A stretch of DNA of 64,000 nucleotides from Acidiferrobacteraceae bacterium (lineage in GTDB: Bacteria > Pseudomonadota > Gammaproteobacteria > Acidiferrobacterales > SZUA-150), in assembly GCA_003228915.1 (NCBI GenBank), contig QIGL01000086.1, positions 22,381 through 86,380 on the forward strand, in the 5' to 3' direction. Shown here piece after piece: positions 29,643-39,240 of the stretch; position 1 is the first letter of the stretch; each line of letters begins with the position of its first letter. The translations under genes and the position numbers were made by a program. The notes under the pieces were generated by a model that saw only the letters and a program-made list of their open reading frames with translations, was not told the DNA's origin and did no database searches.

Positions 29643-30131
29643 TTAATTCAGCTCAATAATACTGCCTTGCAAACGTAACGGGCCTTCGGCAATACTATAT
29701 ATATCTTTGCCATCGACGCGAATTTTCCCGTTTGCGTGTATCTCTATACTGCTGGCGCCGGTTTTTAGGGTAATGCTTTTGGTGGCATCCAGCTGTAAAT
29801 GCCCATCCTGCAAATCTATCTGTGCTTTAGGTTTTTCACTTGCTGATAACCAGCTACCCAGGATCCCTACTCCTTGTTCTGTTTCCAGTACCAGTACTTG
29901 CTGGCCCGCTTTTAATTTTGGGATAATACCGGGGATAGCTGCCAGGTAGCCAGCAACAGGTAAAATGCGATTTTCCAGCTTTATAAATATTGAACCGTCA
30001 GAATTTAGCTTATGGACCGTGGCAATTTTTGGTAGTGTAGAAACGAGATTTTCTGACTGAAAACGACTATCTGCATCAGAACCAGGTCCTTTGGCATTAA
30101 TTGTTAATTTTTCCGGTGCTGATTTTGACAT
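29643..30131 (-). CDS. Small OB-fold / gp5-like spike accessory protein (DUF6484-like)
   Basis: GQQVLVL...GILG, LDATKSITLKTGASSIEIHANGKIRVDG, LRLQGSIIELN. Confidence 0.75.
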   Translation of the reverse strand: MSKSAPEKLTINAKGPGSDADSRFQSENLVSTLPKIATVHKLNSDGSIFIKLENRILPVAGYLAAIPGIIPKLKAGQQVLVLETEQGVGILGSWLSASEKPKAQIDLQDGHLQLDATKSITLKTGASSIEIHANGKIRVDGKDIYSIAEGPLRLQGSIIELN

Positions 30132-30204
30132 ACGCGCTCCTGTTATACCGCTAAAATAAATTAGAAAATAAAAGTATTATCCGTCCTGATTAATGACAGG
30201 TCTG

Positions 30205-30245
30205 GTTATTTCCATGCCTGGTTATTTCCAGATTTAGTTATTTCC
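30205..30245. repeat. Three GTTATTTCC units at 16-bp spacing across the vgrG stop codon
   Basis: Copies start at 30205, 30221 and 30237; the first two extend to CTGGTTATTTCCA. Confidence 0.8.
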
Positions 30246-32312
30246 GACCTGGGTTCCCTTAATATTAATACTTGAACCATTAATTTCGATACTATTAGCG
30301 TCAATAGTAAGATCGCCGCCAGTAGAAATTTCTATGGTACCGCCGCCCTGGCCAATAGTGATGGGCCCACCGCCCTGACCGGCAATAGTGATGTCCTTGG
30401 CGGCTTCAATACTGATATTTCCGGACTCGACAATAATTTCCATATCTTCATCTATCACTCGCACAGACATCGACTGGCCCGTCTCGATAACCATGTCTTT
30501 GTCCGCCGACAATTCGATGTTTTCTTCATCAGCACTCATGCGAATATTTTTTTGTGCGGTCATGTCAATATTGGCGGCTGACTGGTACGTAATATCCTTG
30601 TTTTTAGTTAACAACTGGTAACGATTTTCAACTGTCACAATCTGATCATTACCTGTCTGTAATGTATATGAGTCGCCAGACTCAAAATTCATGGTTTTAG
30701 CCGCAAAAATTTCTGCCTCACCTTCTTCTGTCCGAAGCTGTACTTTATGGCCTTCACTATTTGCATCCAGGGATAAAATATTTTTTTTATCTTTTGTAAA
30801 TAAGTCTATTTTTTCCTGGTTCTGCATATCATCCATCAATAATTCATTGCCACCCCATGTGCGTATGATATTCTGACTATTATTGCCGCTTGTGACCGGG
30901 CTTGTTGTATCAGGATTAGGTACAGCACCAATAATGACTGGCCGGTCGACATCACCATTGACACCGGTAATCAGCACTTCTGTGCCAGCATGTAACGGAA
31001 AATGAAATCCATGCTGTTGTCCGGCATAGGGTTGACACATGCGAACCGGGTGCGACGCGCCTCCCTGCTGGGTATCACCGAGATCAAATGGCAGGCGTAG
31101 TTTGTACCTGCCCTGCTCATCCACATAGGCATAGTCACCACCGGTGGTTTCAATTTTTGCAGAAAATACACCATGAACTTTTGGGATGCGGCTTTCATCC
31201 ACTGGCGGTCGGTAACGCATATCTGTCTTGATCATTAAAACCTGGTTGCTGTAGGTCTTGGGTGTAATTTTACCACTTCGACCACCACCAAAAGCAAAAG
31301 CAGATGATTGATCGCCTTGATGGGTTACAGATAGTATTAAAAAATCGCCTTCCACATCGCCTTCAGGATTAACAACCGATAACACATAGCCGGGTATCAG
31401 GCCACGGCAATCTGTTTCCGCTAATACCAGGTCACGCTGCCAGTCCATTGCCTCCTGTCTTCTTCGGACTACTTGATCTCCGTCTTCCTGGTTTTTATAA
31501 TTTTCACCATAGCGATAATCCAGCCCGTGTGATGCGGTACCAGATTGTGAGCTCGCTTCTGCCAGCAAGGGTGACTCAGGTGTTCGGTAATTATAATCCT
31601 TGAGCTTTACTCCGGCAGTTAAATACCTGCTGCTACGCTGGAGTTTTGAAATTGATTCTTCACCCTGAACATTTCCCGTTCCTGGTTTGTAAGTTAAGCT
31701 GTCATTTCCCGCAAGCTTGGGCGCACCATTACTATCGTCCCGGATAACCAGGACAACATTTTCTGTTTCATGGGCATAATGATAATAAATTCCCTCTCTT
31801 TCCATGAGCCTTGAGATAAAATTAAAATCTGTCTCATTGTACTGAATAACCATTTCCCGAATTGGATAATTTCCGGTCAACTCAAATTTATATTCTGAGC
31901 TGTTAATGCCACCATCCTTCAGGACTTGTTCAATGATTGCCTTAGCATCACGATTCAAAAAAACCCGGCACTGCCTGTTTATATCCAGGCTGTATAACGG
32001 CGATGTAAAAACAATTGAATATTCCTCGCTATCGTCTCCCACCAGCGGGCCCAGGTGGGTCGCCTCGGATATAAGGCCATGGATCTTGCGAGGCTCGCCA
32101 TCCCAGTCTATTTCCAGTATCGCTTTTTGGTTTATTAATGTTGCTGGGTCAACTACATCTTTGATAGCCAGGCTCAACTCATATTCATAACTTTCAGAGA
32201 TCGCTTCAGAGCCTTCAAACTTGATCACGCTCACCGCTGCCGCGAGATCTTTTATCTCCAGCGAATAGTGAGTGCTGTTGTTATGTCCTTCAAATGGTGA
32301 TGTAGCTGCCAT
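30234..32312 (-). CDS. vgrG: T6SS spike protein VgrG (no toxic extension)
   Basis: QYNETDFNFISRLMEREGIYY, KDYNYRTP, DEQGRYK, GFHFPLHAGTEV, GDVDRPVIIGAVPN; beta-helix tail. Confidence 0.95.
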   Translation of the reverse strand: MAATSPFEGHNNSTHYSLEIKDLAAAVSVIKFEGSEAISESYEYELSLAIKDVVDPATLINQKAILEIDWDGEPRKIHGLISEATHLGPLVGDDSEEYSIVFTSPLYSLDINRQCRVFLNRDAKAIIEQVLKDGGINSSEYKFELTGNYPIREMVIQYNETDFNFISRLMEREGIYYHYAHETENVVLVIRDDSNGAPKLAGNDSLTYKPGTGNVQGEESISKLQRSSRYLTAGVKLKDYNYRTPESPLLAEASSQSGTASHGLDYRYGENYKNQEDGDQVVRRRQEAMDWQRDLVLAETDCRGLIPGYVLSVVNPEGDVEGDFLILSVTHQGDQSSAFAFGGGRSGKITPKTYSNQVLMIKTDMRYRPPVDESRIPKVHGVFSAKIETTGGDYAYVDEQGRYKLRLPFDLGDTQQGGASHPVRMCQPYAGQQHGFHFPLHAGTEVLITGVNGDVDRPVIIGAVPNPDTTSPVTSGNNSQNIIRTWGGNELLMDDMQNQEKIDLFTKDKKNILSLDANSEGHKVQLRTEEGEAEIFAAKTMNFESGDSYTLQTGNDQIVTVENRYQLLTKNKDITYQSAANIDMTAQKNIRMSADEENIELSADKDMVIETGQSMSVRVIDEDMEIIVESGNISIEAAKDITIAGQGGGPITIGQGGGTIEISTGGDLTIDANSIEINGSSINIKGTQVGNN

Positions 32313-32353
32313 AGTTTTCCTTAATTAATATTTCTTTCTATCTTTTTTTTAAA

Positions 32354-35242
32354 TTAAACTGTTGCTGAGGCTTGTTCTTCACTGCCAATCTCTGGTTTAG
32401 CGTCCCCTAACGGCTTGTTACTCAGCTCCAGGAAATCGCAAATCAACTCATTATGTTCATCGAGGCCAAGTCTCAGGATATCTGGCATATCATCGTCAAG
32501 CATATAATTTAGCAACGTGCGCGCCACATTAGGCAGTAGTTTCCTGTCAATAATCGCATCAATATGCCGTGCACCTAATTCTGGTCGCTGGCATAGACCG
32601 GCAAGGTGTTTTAGCACTTCCGGCATGCACTGAAATTCTATTTTATGATTCAACAATAAACGTTCAGCTACCTTATCAAGCTTTAATGCCGCTATTTGTT
32701 CCAGTGTACGACTATCCAGTGGCAGGAAAGGTATAACCTGCATGCGGGCAAGCAGGGCTTGCGGGAAAAAGTCCAGTAACTGGGGTTGAATTTCTGCTTC
32801 TATCTGGTCAATGCTAAGCGGCTTTTTATTTTCATCGGTTTTTTCGGTCTTGGTCGATTTCTTTTTCCCGGTTTTAGTCCTGGGCTTGGCTTTGCCTGGC
32901 TTGGTTATTGTCTCAGTCGCTTCTGCCGACTCTTCATTATCAGCAGCATCTTGATGTGCTTGCCAGGACTCCATAATTTCATTTGCGGCCAGGTTGCTGG
33001 TCATTAGTATAACGGTATTGGAAAAATCAATTTCCCGGCCTTCACCATCGCGCATAAAACCACGATCAAAAACCTGGAAAAAGAGATTCATCACATCCGG
33101 GTGCGCCTTCTCGACTTCGTCCAGCAATACCACTGAATAAGGTCTTTGCCGTACCGCCTCGGTCAAAATACCGCCCTCGCCATAACCAACGTAACCCGGG
33201 GGTGAACCTTTCAACTGGGAAACAGTATGCGCCTCCTGGTATTCACTCATATTGATAGTTGTCAAAAATCTTTCACCACCAAATAATATTTCTGCAATTG
33301 CGCGGGCAGTTTCAGTTTTACCGACACCGCTTGGACCCACTAGCAAAAAGACACCCATGGGCGCATCTTCTCGTGTCAGGCCAGCAGTCCTGGTGCGTAA
33401 TGTTTTTCCAACTTTGGTAATTGCCTGGTCCTGGCCGACCACCCGGTCACCCAATATTTCTTCAAATTTTAGCAGGGTACTTGCCAGGTCATGAACCATG
33501 TTACCAACCGGTATTCCAGTCCAGTCAGAAATAACACTGGCAATGACATCGGCCGTTACTTCACTGTGAACCAACACATCACTGCCCTGCGCTTGTTGAA
33601 TTTCCTGGCGGGATTTTGTCAGAATTTCACGCATTTCATTTGCCAGTTTTTCTTTTTCGGCATCCAGCTGTTGATCCGTCTCTTCTTTATCCAGGCCGTT
33701 CTCCAGTAATTGCTTGCGCTGTTCTTCCAGTTTTTTTACCAATGCAAGTTCAATCTGCCACTGGAGTTTTGTCTCGACAAGTTGTGCCTGTATTTTTTTC
33801 TTGTGGTCATTCAGGTCATTTATAATTTCCTTTTCGGGCTCGATACCTTGTGCTCGCTCCTCTTCAAGATGACCCAGGCGTCGTTCTATATGGGCCAACT
33901 CTGCCTCGGCGGTCTCAACTTCTACTGGCGGACTTGCCTGGCCCATTCGCACACGGGCAGCCGCAGTATCAATCAAATCAATTGCCTTATCTGGTAATTG
34001 CCTGCCTGTGATATAACGGTTGGAGAGATGGACAGCTGCTTTAATCGCATCATCAGTGATCAATACTTCATGGTGTCGCTGATAGTATGCCTTTAATCCC
34101 GATATCATAGTGATGGCGCTGTCTACATCTGGCTCCTCAACTTTGACCAGTTGAAATCGTCTGGCCAGGGCCGCATCACGTTCAAAATATTGTTTATATT
34201 CAGACCAGGTGGTCGCGGCGATGGTGCGCAACTCGCCCCGTGCCAGTGCCGGCTTGAGTAAATTGGCGGCATCACTACCGCCGGCATCACCACCAGCACC
34301 AATCAAGGTATGGGCCTCATCAATAAACAGGATAATAGGTGTTGTAGATGCCTTAACTTCATCAATGACCTGTTTTAACCGTTTTTCAAACTCGCCTTTA
34401 ACCCCGGCACCGGCCTGCAGTAAACCAAGATCAAGTATATTTAAACCAACATTCTTGAGATTATCCGGGACCTGGCCCTCAACCATTCTTAAGGCCAGCC
34501 CTTCAACCAGGGCAGTTTTACCAACGCCCGGTTCGCCAACCAAAATAGGATTGTTCTTGCGGCGGCGACTCAAAACATCAACCATTTGCCTGATTTCATT
34601 GTCGCGACCAAAGACTGGGTCAATTTCTCCAGAGGCAGCACGGGCGGTCACGTCTATTGTGAACTGGCCTAACGCACCGCCATCTTCACCTGCAGGAGTG
34701 TTTGCCATACCACTGGCGGTACCAGTCTGTTTTGAATCCTTGCTGGTTACGGGTTTACGCTGGCTCATATTTTCACTGGAGCCTTCAACCAGCTGATTAA
34801 AATTATCTCTTAAGGCATCAAGTGATATTTCGTCAAGTAGCGAAAAGTGGTTGCCGGGCAATCTGGGCGCAAGTTCAATAAGGGCATCGAGCAGCGCGCC
34901 GGAGCGTATCTGTTCGTGGTTAAAATGCAAACTGGCATTTACCCAGGCCTGCTCAAACCAGTCAAGCACAAAGGGTGAAAAACTGGGTTTGCCAGTATTG
35001 CCGGCACGACAACTGGATAACTGTTGCAACATGCCCTGCCAAATAGCATCGGTGTCTACGTTAAACGCGCGAAACAATCGCGCCATATCACCACTACCGT
35101 CCTCCAGGCACTTGATGACTACATGCTCAATTGTCACCTCGTAATGTGTTCGAGCCATTGCAAAACCAGCCGCATCATCCAGCATGTCTGCGCAATGATC
35201 ATTTAACCGTTCCAGTAATTTTTTAACTCTTTTTACGCTCAT
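32354..35242 (-). CDS. tssH: T6SS AAA+ ATPase ClpV/TssH
   Basis: RRRKNNPILVGEPGVGKTA, LLQAGAGVKGEFE, GPSGVGKTET, GSPPGYVGYGEGG. Confidence 0.97.
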   Translation of the reverse strand: MSVKRVKKLLERLNDHCADMLDDAAGFAMARTHYEVTIEHVVIKCLEDGSGDMARLFRAFNVDTDAIWQGMLQQLSSCRAGNTGKPSFSPFVLDWFEQAWVNASLHFNHEQIRSGALLDALIELAPRLPGNHFSLLDEISLDALRDNFNQLVEGSSENMSQRKPVTSKDSKQTGTASGMANTPAGEDGGALGQFTIDVTARAASGEIDPVFGRDNEIRQMVDVLSRRRKNNPILVGEPGVGKTALVEGLALRMVEGQVPDNLKNVGLNILDLGLLQAGAGVKGEFEKRLKQVIDEVKASTTPIILFIDEAHTLIGAGGDAGGSDAANLLKPALARGELRTIAATTWSEYKQYFERDAALARRFQLVKVEEPDVDSAITMISGLKAYYQRHHEVLITDDAIKAAVHLSNRYITGRQLPDKAIDLIDTAAARVRMGQASPPVEVETAEAELAHIERRLGHLEEERAQGIEPEKEIINDLNDHKKKIQAQLVETKLQWQIELALVKKLEEQRKQLLENGLDKEETDQQLDAEKEKLANEMREILTKSRQEIQQAQGSDVLVHSEVTADVIASVISDWTGIPVGNMVHDLASTLLKFEEILGDRVVGQDQAITKVGKTLRTRTAGLTREDAPMGVFLLVGPSGVGKTETARAIAEILFGGERFLTTINMSEYQEAHTVSQLKGSPPGYVGYGEGGILTEAVRQRPYSVVLLDEVEKAHPDVMNLFFQVFDRGFMRDGEGREIDFSNTVILMTSNLAANEIMESWQAHQDAADNEESAEATETITKPGKAKPRTKTGKKKSTKTEKTDENKKPLSIDQIEAEIQPQLLDFFPQALLARMQVIPFLPLDSRTLEQIAALKLDKVAERLLLNHKIEFQCMPEVLKHLAGLCQRPELGARHIDAIIDRKLLPNVARTLLNYMLDDDMPDILRLGLDEHNELICDFLELSNKPLGDAKPEIGSEEQASATV

Positions 35243-35321
35243 TGGTATATTCCGTTAAATAATATTTTTAATATCCTGCATTGCAACTTGTAAGTACTTG
35301 ATAAAATTTTTAGTTGGCTGT

Positions 35322-36365
35322 TTATGCTGCCTGTTTTTGCCCGGGAGCACCGTTTCTTTCATTTTTCTCGTGGTCGTCTTTGTTCTGAAATTCACCACCT
35401 GACACGTTGATTGGATATTCAGCACCGGCAGCTTCGCCCAACCAGCTACGCCAGCCAAGTCGTAACCCATCATCACCCAGTGTCGGTGCGGTACCGGTTG
35501 TACCTGCTACCATGATGGTCATGTCATACTCTATAATATTGTCGAGATACTGATTCGTTAGTTTGTCCAGCATTTTTCCGTAGGCGTGAACTGGCAATAA
35601 TCTTTGCGCTGTCGTATAGGAAACCGGGCCAACCGTTATATGCACCTTGCCACCCACATCCAGCACCTGGTCACCGGTCACGGTATTGTCCCCGAGCACC
35701 ATCGCCTGGCCGGCTTGATCTGTCTGGCCCAGGCCAATCGGTTTGCTTATCTGCACCCAGCGCGGCACATATTCCCTGACCTCGACCGGGGCACCAACCA
35801 ATTCCCGGACCATGCCTGTCAGGCCAGTGGCGCTGCGAAAACGGCGGCCATATAAACCGGAAAAACGTAATGCTGATAACGATTTTGGTAAGTCATCGCG
35901 GCCAGATAACGCCGAAAAATATCGACGATACCTGGAGTCTGCCTGCTCCAGGTCAATTGCCGGCCGATATTTTTTCCATGCCAGGTACAGGAGTGCGTAG
36001 GTGCGATGACTATATATATCAAGGAATGCTCGCGTCGACTCGCCAGCAGCATCATTTCGCAAAACGGTCTGGATGAAATAGTGGGGAACCGGTGCATCTA
36101 CCCCATAAAGCCCCATAAAATTTAACTGGATATCGAGCCGACCATTTTCTTCGTTCCTGATAATGCGCTTGATATCAGCAGCCGGGAATCCAATTTCACG
36201 AGCCGGGCGAAAGCGCGCCTTTTCTTCAAACGACTTGTCCCGTTTGCCGATTGCACCCCAGACACGCTCAAGTATTCGCACGACCTGGAAAAAGTCGTAA
36301 CCGGGCCCATTTTCTGCCAGGCGGCGAATTAAATCGGGGAGGCGTCGCCGAACGTCGGTTGCCAT
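35322..36365 (-). CDS. tssG: T6SS baseplate TssG
   Basis: YDFFQVVRILE, FMGLYGVDAPVP, FLDIYSHR...AWKKYR, LGWRSWLG. Confidence 0.94.
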   Translation of the reverse strand: MATDVRRRLPDLIRRLAENGPGYDFFQVVRILERVWGAIGKRDKSFEEKARFRPAREIGFPAADIKRIIRNEENGRLDIQLNFMGLYGVDAPVPHYFIQTVLRNDAAGESTRAFLDIYSHRTYALLYLAWKKYRPAIDLEQADSRYRRYFSALSGRDDLPKSLSALRFSGLYGRRFRSATGLTGMVRELVGAPVEVREYVPRWVQISKPIGLGQTDQAGQAMVLGDNTVTGDQVLDVGGKVHITVGPVSYTTAQRLLPVHAYGKMLDKLTNQYLDNIIEYDMTIMVAGTTGTAPTLGDDGLRLGWRSWLGEAAGAEYPINVSGGEFQNKDDHEKNERNGAPGQKQAA

Positions 36366-38080
36366 ACGAACTCCTCGTTGCTTGGGTGGGTTTGGATGCG
36401 GGTACGAATAAAAGAATTTACATTTGCATAACTGGAAAAGAATTTATGCAAGATTGTGCCAAATAAATAACTATCTGCAGTTGAGCCGTATGAATCATCA
36501 TTCATACGAATAACCAGCTCCATGCCCCGCATGAGCGCGCCCCGTTTAATTAACTCTGCTGGTTTACAGGATATAATTTCGAGACCGGCTATACGTCTTT
36601 GATTCGGCGTTTCTGCTGACCATTCATATAATGATAAAAGACGCCGGAAAGTATCTGTATCACTCAGCGACGCGTAATTCATTGCCATATGAGAAATTAA
36701 CGCCCATTGAAAGGCTTCTCTATCCGGCGGTAATAACATGCGCGTTGGCCGCGTGATGTTGGCAAAACTGACGAAACCCGGAAAATCCGCACTCGGTGTA
36801 TTGACACTGCCAATCTGCAGGTTGGCCCTGGGAATATGGCCGTTACTCGCAGTTATTTCACACGACAGGGTTTGTTCCTTGAATGACCCATCATCACTGA
36901 CTGTTATATACGTTTCCGGACGACCTGAGCCCAAGACTCGACGGCTAGCATAAAAATACCTGCCTGTGAGATCGTGTTTGAATGAATACAGTGGATCATA
37001 TTCAAACCGGTCACCGGTTTTACCATCAAGGCCTATAACCTCATCAATTGAATAAACTTCCGTGCCCTGTCTTGAATGAAAATCGGCTATCACCGGGTAA
37101 TCGTAACGTTGCTGGGTTAAGCTAACTGGTTCAGAGGAGCGCTTGAATAAGTTAATTGCCGGGCAACAGTGGAGCTTAAACATATCCGCACTAACACTGA
37201 CATCGCGGGGTAATATCTCGTCACTATAAACCTCAATTTCAAATTCGCGCAAGCGCTCTGGCCAGGCAACCTGATCCAGGCCCAGCAAGGATAAAAACAG
37301 GTACTTCTCGCGAAAACTAAAATAGTCATGAAGCAAATGAAATCCTGAAAAACTTTGCCCGCTTAAAGGAATCAGCGACTCATCAGTACCCATGTGACTG
37401 GCAACTACCATTTCCTGGCCCCCGAGTCGGGAAGGTTGCCGGGTAGGCTCTTCTGGAAAACGTACCTGGACCATGCGTGTACCGCCTACCAACGCTTTAT
37501 AAAGTAACATTGCAACATTGGGGTCGGTATGGAGATAAATTTTTAATTGGCTAAGAGAAAGGGCATCTATTTTTACGCCAGGATCAAGCTTGAAATGATA
37601 TTTAAGTAACGTCCCGCCCGTGGCCGGCTCTTCTGCGGTTACTTTTTTAAGCCTGATTGGCTGAAGCTCAACCGGGTAAACGGTTCGAAAACGGCAGGTA
37701 ACACTTTCCTGGATACCATTACTTGCTTTAGTAGAAACTGGTGTCGCTAATAAACCAGCGTGTTTTGGCAAAACCTGGGTTTGCTGAAGCTGGCCCTGGC
37801 GAGGGTTAAATTCAACTATTGTTGTTGAAGGCATGGGCCGCAATAAATGTGGCCACATCAGGCTCAATAAGCCTTCGCTAACTTCCGGAATATCATCGTC
37901 AATGGTTTGGCGGATTTGGGCAGAAAGAAATGCCACTCCCTCCAGTAATCGCTCTACATAAGGATCACGATCCTTGATGGCATCAAGATTGAGCTGGCTT
38001 GCCTGCTCAGGATAGGCATGGGCAAATTCCTGGGCGGCCTCATGCAGTTGCCGCATTTCTGCGTCAAAATATTCACGCAT
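36329..38080 (-). CDS. tssF: T6SS baseplate TssF
   Basis: DPYVERLLEGVAFL, WPHLLRPMPS, LHCCPAINLF, WALISH..NY.SL, YANVNSF. Confidence 0.96.
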   Translation of the reverse strand: MREYFDAEMRQLHEAAQEFAHAYPEQASQLNLDAIKDRDPYVERLLEGVAFLSAQIRQTIDDDIPEVSEGLLSLMWPHLLRPMPSTTIVEFNPRQGQLQQTQVLPKHAGLLATPVSTKASNGIQESVTCRFRTVYPVELQPIRLKKVTAEEPATGGTLLKYHFKLDPGVKIDALSLSQLKIYLHTDPNVAMLLYKALVGGTRMVQVRFPEEPTRQPSRLGGQEMVVASHMGTDESLIPLSGQSFSGFHLLHDYFSFREKYLFLSLLGLDQVAWPERLREFEIEVYSDEILPRDVSVSADMFKLHCCPAINLFKRSSEPVSLTQQRYDYPVIADFHSRQGTEVYSIDEVIGLDGKTGDRFEYDPLYSFKHDLTGRYFYASRRVLGSGRPETYITVSDDGSFKEQTLSCEITASNGHIPRANLQIGSVNTPSADFPGFVSFANITRPTRMLLPPDREAFQWALISHMAMNYASLSDTDTFRRLLSLYEWSAETPNQRRIAGLEIISCKPAELIKRGALMRGMELVIRMNDDSYGSTADSYLFGTILHKFFSSYANVNSFIRTRIQTHPSNEEFVWQPTFGDASPI

Positions 38081-38504
38081 AACTAGACGCCTTTATCTTG
38101 CCTTGCGATACTCGTGCAGCACCGCCACTAACAAACATCGTTTGGTAGACAACTTTATGGCCATCCCAGGTACTGCCATTAATGTCCAGTCGAATCACAA
38201 AATCGGTTTCTTCTACGGGCATAACCGTTACCCTGACCCGTTTTAACCGGGGCTCATATTTCTCAACAGTTTTTTTGACTGAATCTACAAGATCGTTGAT
38301 TGAATAGGGCATTTGCTGATAAACAGCCGTTAAGTCCGGCAGGCCATAATCAGGTAGATGTGTGAGCACGCCTTGTCTTGCATTAAACAACCGGACAAGG
38401 TGATCCTGGATGCTTCTGGATTGTGCATTGAGCTTATCTACAGAATCGACCGGACGGCCGTCCATAAACCGGACACTAAGCACATCAAACAGCGCAAACG
38501 ACAT
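38073..38504 (-). CDS. tssE: T6SS baseplate TssE (gp25-like)
   Basis: LFNARQG, PDYGLPDL, YEPRL. Confidence 0.93.
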   Translation of the reverse strand: MSFALFDVLSVRFMDGRPVDSVDKLNAQSRSIQDHLVRLFNARQGVLTHLPDYGLPDLTAVYQQMPYSINDLVDSVKKTVEKYEPRLKRVRVTVMPVEETDFVIRLDINGSTWDGHKVVYQTMFVSGGAARVSQGKIKASSYA

Positions 38505-38536
38505 CGCAGTGTTTCTTCAGGGAAGATAGAATAAGC

Positions 38537-38561
38537 GCGCACCCTTGAGACAAGGGCACGC
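38537..38561 (-). terminator. Stem-loop just downstream of hcp (partial terminator or mRNA stabiliser)
   Basis: Minus strand GCGTGCCCTTG-TCT-CAAGGGTGCGC; only a weak U tract follows. Confidence 0.55.
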
Positions 38562-38575
38562 ATTATCCATTCTTA

Positions 38576-39067
38576 TCAGCCGTCAGCCTTTTCGTTCCAG
38601 GAATCGCTATATTCCAGGCCGCCATCTTTATATATCCACTTAATGGTGGCATATCTCAGGCAAATTTCTTCCAGGTGCGGATAACGTTCTTTATCAATAT
38701 CTTTCACGTTATGCATGATCGGGCTTACTGAAGTAACTTTGACATCTTCAAGCTCATGGGTGAAATATTCCATTTCACTACCGCTATCATTAATTTCATA
38801 CCAGCTTATTGTAACTTTCTTCAATGTTTGTCCAGTACAACAAGCCTTGTACAAATAAGGTGAAGCCGAATCAAACTTTTTCAGAATCTTCAGTGATTCA
38901 TGCTTGCGTGTGCCAGTTAACGCGCCTGAATGCGGATCTGTTGGAATGCGTACTGAGTGATCAAACGATAAAACTTCTACCGTGCCTTCACGGCCAGCGA
39001 TCTGAACGCCGCCAGCAATCTCTGAATTCTGGTCATCGGTTAACTTCATATATGCGGGAATTGCCAT
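38576..39067 (-). CDS. hcp: T6SS tube protein Hcp/TssD
   Basis: MAIPAYM, GREGTVEV, TGTRKH, KKFDSASPYLYKA, EYF, HLEE..LRY..IKW. Confidence 0.96.
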   Translation of the reverse strand: MAIPAYMKLTDDQNSEIAGGVQIAGREGTVEVLSFDHSVRIPTDPHSGALTGTRKHESLKILKKFDSASPYLYKACCTGQTLKKVTISWYEINDSGSEMEYFTHELEDVKVTSVSPIMHNVKDIDKERYPHLEEICLRYATIKWIYKDGGLEYSDSWNEKADG

Positions 39068-39240
39068 GGTATACCTCCATCAAAAAATTAAAATAAACTT
39101 AAAAACCCAGAAGTTGGGCTGTCCTTGCCGATCCAGGTCTAAACCCTTATCCGGCCTCACTTGCCTTCACTTGCTTCATTACTTCAAACTGTAAAAAATT
39201 AAAACGTAAACTATTGTTACCGGTTATTTTTGTCCTGGAA

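Noticed and set aside
34209-34796. 195-aa antisense ORF inside clpV (and similar ones in the RND, MFP, tssM and vgrG genes)
   Set aside because: Typical antisense shadows of conserved coding sequence.
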